NCBI GenBank assembly: GCA_041655695.1 | Contig: JBBAEW010000004.1 | Span: 1-60,448 of the forward strand | Origin: Saccharofermentanales bacterium | GTDB lineage: Bacteria; Bacillota; Clostridia; Saccharofermentanales; DTU023 | Direction: 5' to 3' | DNA length: 60,448 nt | Shown here: piece by piece, positions 55,794-60,448 of the stretch | Position numbering within the stretch: the first letter of the stretch is position 1 | Layout: the number at the start of each line of letters is the position of its first letter | Program-made: the position numbers and the translations under genes | The notes under the pieces: generated by a model | Database searches by the model: none | What the model saw: only the letters and a program-made list of their open reading frames with translations | What the model was told of the DNA's origin: nothing

Positions 55794-56789
55794 ATGAAAA
55801 AAATAATCGTTTTGATCCTTGTCGCCCTCTTGGCCTTTGGATTGGTTGCCTGCAAGAAGGACGAACCCCTTAAGACCGGATTCGGCGTCTCATTCAGCAA
55901 CTACACATCAAAGGACCCGGCTGACGGCAACAACGGCGTTGTCAATACACAGGCCTACGCCGCCGCAGTCCTGGTCGACAAAGACGGCAAAGTGGTCAAA
56001 TGCGAAATCGACGCAATGATGTCCGAATTCCCCTTTACCGAGGAAGGCGTCATCCTGGCTGGCCCCGAGACCGTTTTCAAGACGAAGAACGAGCTTGGTG
56101 ACGACTACGGCATGAGAAAAGCCTCGCCCATCGGCAAGGAATGGTATGAGCAGGCTGCGGCCTTCGCTTCCTACTGTGTCGGCAAGACAGCTGATCAGAT
56201 CCGCGGCATCGCAGTCGATGACGGCGGCAAAGCCACGGACGCCGACCTGGCCTCCTCGGTCACCGTCCCCGTCTCCGGCTACCAGAACCCTGTTCTGGCC
56301 GCTATCGCCAATGCCACCGACATGGGCGCCAAGAAGGGTGACACCCTGGGACTGGGCATCGTCGGCACCGGCGAGCAGACCGTCACAGAAGCTACCGAAG
56401 ACAAACCGGCGACAGCTGTTGCCTACAACCACTACGCAGTCATCTCCCTTGACGCCAAAGGCAAAGTGACTTCCTGCATCTTCGACGCCTCACAGGGCAA
56501 ATTCGTCATCGAGAATGGCAAGATCGCCACCGACCTCAAGGCCGAGATCAAGACCAAAAACGCCAAGGGCGATGAATACGGCATGAGAAAAGCGTCCCCC
56601 ATCGGCAAAGAGTGGAATGAGCAGGCTGACGCCTTCGCCAAGTATCTGGTTGGCAAAACCCTGACCGAGATCAAAGGTATCGCCATGAAGGAAGGCGCGC
56701 CCGACGTCGCCGACCTGGCCTCCACCTGCACCATGCATGTGACGGACATGGTCACGGCCGTTGACAAGGCAGCCGCAACCGCCAAATAA
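55794..56789 (+). CDS. Lipoprotein with two tandem FMN-binding-like domains (PplA-like flavinylation substrate)
   Basis: Lipobox LVAC; duplicated KTKN..GD.YGMRKASPIGKEW.EQA.AFA.Y.VGKT...ADLAS(SV/TC)T; directly upstream of apbE. GGAGGAGG RBS, ATG 55794. Confidence 0.75.
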   Translation: MKKIIVLILVALLAFGLVACKKDEPLKTGFGVSFSNYTSKDPADGNNGVVNTQAYAAAVLVDKDGKVVKCEIDAMMSEFPFTEEGVILAGPETVFKTKNELGDDYGMRKASPIGKEWYEQAAAFASYCVGKTADQIRGIAVDDGGKATDADLASSVTVPVSGYQNPVLAAIANATDMGAKKGDTLGLGIVGTGEQTVTEATEDKPATAVAYNHYAVISLDAKGKVTSCIFDASQGKFVIENGKIATDLKAEIKTKNAKGDEYGMRKASPIGKEWNEQADAFAKYLVGKTLTEIKGIAMKEGAPDVADLASTCTMHVTDMVTAVDKAAATAK

Positions 56790-56818
56790 AGACACTTTCG
56801 TCTGAATACGGTAGACTT

Positions 56819-56860
56819 GAACAGGCTGTTCCTTTCATGGGACAGCCTGTTCTTATTATT
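56819..56860 (+). terminator. Hairpin/partial terminator between the lipoprotein gene and apbE
   Basis: GAACAGGCTGTTCC-TTTCAT-GGGACAGCCTGTTC followed by TTATTATT. Confidence 0.7.
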
Positions 56861-56880
56861 TTCTTAAACCGGAGTTACCA

Positions 56881-57948
56881 ATGAAAGGCACTAAAGCAAT
56901 CCTTCTGATCCTTTTGGCCCTGGTCCTGGCGGCCGTCCCCGCCTGCTCCCCCAGGGAGCCGGCCAATAAGCCCCCCGTCAAATACGAGGCCGAGTTCATG
57001 AACCTCTTCGACACCCTGTCAAGGGTCATTGGCTACGCCGATTCCCAGGAAGCTTTTCAAGAGATTGTCTCAGACCTTAAGGATGACCTGGAAGTCTATC
57101 ACCAGCTCTACGATATCTATAAAAGCTATCCGGGCCTGACCAATCTCAAGGATGTCAACGATCGGGCCGGCCAGGGACCCATTCCGGTAGACCGCAAGAT
57201 CATCGATCTCCTGCTCTATGCCAAAGAGGCTTATGAATTGACGGACGGCAAGGTCAACATCGCCCTGGGCTCCGTCCTTCGTATCTGGCATGACTACCGC
57301 GGCCAGGGGATCCTGGATCCCGCCTCTGCCCGTCTGCCCGACCGGGCTCTTCTGGAGGAAGCGGACCTTCATACCCGCTTTGAGGACCTGATCATTGATG
57401 AAGCCGCCGGCACTGTTGAACTCAAGGACCCTCTCATGAGCCTGGATGTCGGCGCTGTCGCCAAAGGCTACGCAGTCGAACAGGCGGCTCTGGCAGTGGA
57501 AGGGCGCGGGGTAGGCCACCTCCTGATTTCGGTGGGCGGCAATGTCCGGGCCATCGGAGCCCGAAACGACCAGGGAGACCCCTGGCATGTGGGCATCGAG
57601 AATCCCGATCACACGGTTGCGGACTATCTGGCCATTTTGGATATCGCCGGCCTGTCGGTTGTGACAAGCGGTGTCTATGAACGATTCTACCTGGTTGACG
57701 GCAAAGCCTACCACCACATCATCGATCCTGACACCCTTTTCCCCGAAGACCGTTATCTGTCAGTCTCCATCGTCACCCCTGACTCGGGCATGGCGGATGT
57801 TCTGTCAACAGCTCTTCTTAATCTTGATCTGGAAAAAGGCAAGGCCCTGATCGAGGGACTGGCGGGGACCGAAGCCCTCTGGTGCCTTAATGATGGGGAG
57901 CTTGTCCAATCCTCCGGCTTTGCCGGCTACCTGAAGAAGACGGACTAA
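56881..57948 (+). CDS. apbE: FAD:protein FMN transferase lipoprotein
   Basis: Lipobox VPAC, LDVGAVAKGYA, SVGGNV, WHVGIENP, VTSGVYERF, HHIIDP, ADVLSTA. Confidence 0.93.
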   Translation: MKGTKAILLILLALVLAAVPACSPREPANKPPVKYEAEFMNLFDTLSRVIGYADSQEAFQEIVSDLKDDLEVYHQLYDIYKSYPGLTNLKDVNDRAGQGPIPVDRKIIDLLLYAKEAYELTDGKVNIALGSVLRIWHDYRGQGILDPASARLPDRALLEEADLHTRFEDLIIDEAAGTVELKDPLMSLDVGAVAKGYAVEQAALAVEGRGVGHLLISVGGNVRAIGARNDQGDPWHVGIENPDHTVADYLAILDIAGLSVVTSGVYERFYLVDGKAYHHIIDPDTLFPEDRYLSVSIVTPDSGMADVLSTALLNLDLEKGKALIEGLAGTEALWCLNDGELVQSSGFAGYLKKTD

Positions 57949-58499
57949 AGCCTGCCGTCTTCCTGGTAAAGGGCTGGCAGGCGCGCCAGGTTCCGGATAA
58001 CGGGGCCTGCCGCTGCCCCGGTCAGGACTCCTGTCAGAAGGCCGGTAATGAGCAGGGGGGGGAGATAGGTCACAAGCAGGAGCGGTTCACCAAGAACCAG
58101 GCTGGCGACTCCCACCTGACCCAGATTATGGGCGGCCGCTCCGGCCATGCTCATTCCGATGACCGACAGCCTCCTGCCCTCAAGAAAACTCAGCAGCCAC
58201 ATAAGAAGAAGCGCCAGGACCCCGCCGCCCAGTGAAAAGAACATGGTGGTCACACCGGTGATGGCGCTCATAATGGCGACACGGACCAGAAGTATGGCCA
58301 CCGCGTCCAGGACCCGAAGCCGCATGAGGGCTACCAGGGTCACGATGTTGGCAAGGCCCAGCTTGATCCCGGGCACCGGGACCAGGAGTTCCAGGGGTAT
58401 CCAGCGCTCGACCAGGGCCAGAACCAGGGCCAGGGCCACCAGCATGGCGTCCAGGGTCAGGCGCCGCAGCCGTCTGCGATCCGCCTCCCTGCCCTTCAT
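57945..58499 (-). CDS. Gx transporter / heptaprenyl diphosphate synthase component I family membrane protein (EetB-like)
   Basis: VPGIKLGLANI, SLGGG, IGMSMAGAAAHNLGQ, YLPPL. Confidence 0.85.
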   Translation of the reverse strand: MKGREADRRRLRRLTLDAMLVALALVLALVERWIPLELLVPVPGIKLGLANIVTLVALMRLRVLDAVAILLVRVAIMSAITGVTTMFFSLGGGVLALLLMWLLSFLEGRRLSVIGMSMAGAAAHNLGQVGVASLVLGEPLLLVTYLPPLLITGLLTGVLTGAAAGPVIRNLARLPALYQEDGRL

Positions 58500-58918
58500 C
58501 GGATCACCAGATCAACGTCGTCAGAGCCGCCAGGGTCGGGCAGGTTGCCCGTGACCTTCAAAATGAGACCGGCCGGCACGCAGGCCGCGATGCTGCCTCT
58601 TTTGCCCACCCAGCCCGACTGGACGCAAACACGGTCCGGACAATCAGCCTCCGCGAAGCGGATTTGTCCCTGTCCCCACTCCAGGCGGTAGTGATAGCCT
58701 GCTATGGTCAGTTCCTGAGCCCCTTCCCTGGCCAGGGCATCCTGATCCCATGAGCGAATCAGCCGGCCTTCATGGAGCAGAACTACCTGGACCGCATCCG
58801 TCTTCCCGGCCAGGCCGGCATAGGCAAAGAGGCCGGCAGCCAGAAACAGAATAGCGGCGGCGATTACCAGATCTCCCCAGCGGAAGGCGTGATACCATCG
58901 TTGATGATGTCGGCTCAT
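58496..58918 (-). CDS. NusG domain II-containing membrane-anchored protein (EetA-like)
   Basis: WGDLVI TM, ADCPDRVCVQSGWV, AACVPAG, DVDLVIR; AGGAG RBS; translationally coupled to the Gx gene. Confidence 0.85.
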   Translation of the reverse strand: MSRHHQRWYHAFRWGDLVIAAAILFLAAGLFAYAGLAGKTDAVQVVLLHEGRLIRSWDQDALAREGAQELTIAGYHYRLEWGQGQIRFAEADCPDRVCVQSGWVGKRGSIAACVPAGLILKVTGNLPDPGGSDDVDLVIR

Positions 58919-59002
58919 AGGACTCCTTGCCCGTCAAGATTACTCTGGCTATTATAACGGATTTTGGAGCCCCTATCGGTTATAATCGTCCGAGGAGGCA
59001 AT

Positions 59003-59896
59003 GTGTTTCAGCTGATTTCTTTATTAACAGGGGTTCTCCTGTCCGTCATGATCCTGATCAACGGCCGCCTGACCGACCAGGTGGGTCTTTACAAGGCCAC
59101 CGCCATTATTCATCTGGCGGGCGTCCTCTTTGCCCTCCTTGTCTGCCTGATCCGCAAGGAAAAGCCCCTGCCCCGGTCCCGGTCACCCTGGTGGTTCTAC
59201 CTGGGCGGTGTCGTCGGGGTCTTCACGGCCATCGCCAACAACCTTGCCTTCGGCGTCATCTCCATGACCAGCCTTGTAGCCCTTGGCCTCCTGGGCCAAA
59301 CGGTCACCTCCCTTGTGATTGACGCGACCGGCTGGCTGGGCATGACCCGGCGGCCCTTTCGCAAATCCACCCTGGTCGGCCTACTCTTTTGCCTGGCCGG
59401 GATTATCCTCATGCTGGATCACTCGGTCCTGCAGGCTGCCCTGGCGGTCTGGATTTCACTTGGCGCGGGAGTCACCATTGTGGTTTCCCGATCCATCAAC
59501 GCCCGGCTGGCGGAACGCATCGGCCCCCTGCCCGGCTCTTTCGTCAACCACCTGGCCGGCCTGCCGGTCACCCTTGCCCTGGTCTTCTTTCTGACCAAAG
59601 GCAGTCCCCCAACGGTCTACCCCACCGGCATCCATTCCTGGCTCTACCTGGGCGGCGTTCTGGGGGTTCTGGGGGTACTGCTCTTCAATATTCTGGTCCC
59701 CAAAATATCACAATTTCACCTGACCGTTCTGACCTTCGTCGGCCAGGTCCTTTCAGGCGTCGTCATTGACCTCATGATGGGCGGCTTCAAGGCGGACGCG
59801 TCCTTTGTGGGCGGTCTTCTGATTACACTTGGAATCGCCCTCAACCTGGCCATCGAGTACGTCATGGGCCGCAAAGGCGGCCAGGCAACCCCTTAA
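59003..59896 (+). CDS. DMT-superfamily transporter (duplicated YdcZ/DUF606-type)
   Basis: Two repeats INGRL...WWFYLGGVVG...GQ...IDATGWLG and INARL...WLYLGGVLG...GQ...ID. GTG 59003 after GAGGAGG. Confidence 0.82.
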   Translation: MFQLISLLTGVLLSVMILINGRLTDQVGLYKATAIIHLAGVLFALLVCLIRKEKPLPRSRSPWWFYLGGVVGVFTAIANNLAFGVISMTSLVALGLLGQTVTSLVIDATGWLGMTRRPFRKSTLVGLLFCLAGIILMLDHSVLQAALAVWISLGAGVTIVVSRSINARLAERIGPLPGSFVNHLAGLPVTLALVFFLTKGSPPTVYPTGIHSWLYLGGVLGVLGVLLFNILVPKISQFHLTVLTFVGQVLSGVVIDLMMGGFKADASFVGGLLITLGIALNLAIEYVMGRKGGQATP

Positions 59897-60447
59897 GTAA
59901 GTGATTCCAGGAGATCCTTGTAAAAGAGGATCATGGTCTTAAGATTCCCGATCTTCAGATGTTCATCGGTTCCGTGCATGAGGGCCAGCTCGGCCTCGGA
60001 AACGCGCATGGGCTGACAGCGGTAGACATCATCTGCCAGATCCTCGTAATAGCGGCTGTCTGTACCTCCGGCCATCAGGTAGGGGACGATGACGGCGTCC
60101 GGGAAATGCCGGCCGATGGTCTCCGTCAGGTGGCGGTAGGCCGGCGTTCGGGTTGAAGAGGTTTTGGAGGGCTCCTCAACCGCGATGGGCCGGACTTGAT
60201 AGTCCATGCCGGTCGCCTCCTGCAGATGTTTGAGAATATCCGCAGTCGTATCCCCTTGCAGGACACGCAGGTTGGCCGTACAGACCGCCTCCTTGGGCAG
60301 AACATTGGGAGCCTGGCCGCTACGGCTGACAGTAAAGGCTACCGTAGATCGGAGAAGGGCGGCAGTCTGCCTGTTCTTCAGAAGGGCCGGCTTGATCAGG
60401 GGAAAGAAAAGGCGCGGCCTGGCCAGGATCTTCTTCTGCATGCCCGG
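59893..60447 (-). CDS. M20-family peptidase, C-terminal part; runs off the window edge
   Basis: PNVLP, NLRVL, AGGTDSRYY, MHGTDEHL. Confidence 0.85.
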   Translation of the reverse strand, partial: PGMQKKILARPRLFFPLIKPALLKNRQTAALLRSTVAFTVSRSGQAPNVLPKEAVCTANLRVLQGDTTADILKHLQEATGMDYQVRPIAVEEPSKTSSTRTPAYRHLTETIGRHFPDAVIVPYLMAGGTDSRYYEDLADDVYRCQPMRVSEAELALMHGTDEHLKIGNLKTMILFYKDLLESLT

Positions 60448-60448
60448 C

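Noticed and set aside
1..60448. Mobile elements, prophage, defence systems, tRNA/rRNA
   Set aside because: No transposase, integrase, phage, cas, toxin-antitoxin or structural RNA signature was recognised by eye; a covariance-model scan would be needed to exclude small RNAs.

Overview
This is a GC-rich (roughly 55-60% by eye) chromosomal window from an anaerobic Bacillota/Clostridia-type bacterium; the taxonomy is inferred from gene content and sigmaA promoters. I see no rRNA, tRNA, CRISPR array, transposase or phage genes. The first ~22 kb is a catabolic island, apparently co-regulated, whose substrate I cannot name. It holds two SIS-domain deglycase/isomerase-like proteins, a ROK kinase, an amidohydrolase plus a pseudo-amidohydrolase, two paralogous sugar-type ABC importers, a NitT/TauT importer, a DeoR regulator, a PLP aminotransferase, a DUF917 protein, an iron-sulfur flavoprotein, TIGR04076 and two DUF6506-like proteins, a flavin reductase and a three-subunit xanthine-oxidase-family molybdoenzyme. 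The rest is mostly housekeeping and accessory metabolism: kdgK-eda, an L,D-transpeptidase, buk-ptb, a second xdhABC, a membrane pyrophosphatase, a Na/Pi transporter, rbsK, thrS, deoD, an MBOAT/DHHW acylation pair, malic enzyme and a 5'-nucleotidase. Two features are missed or truncated by the ORF track or are otherwise unusual. One is a selenocysteine peroxiredoxin (in-frame TGA at 53124 with a SECIS-like hairpin) under tandem Per boxes next to perR. The other is an ApbE flavinylation locus whose two-domain lipoprotein substrate carries non-canonical SSVT/STCT motifs. All family calls are by motif recognition; no database searches were run.
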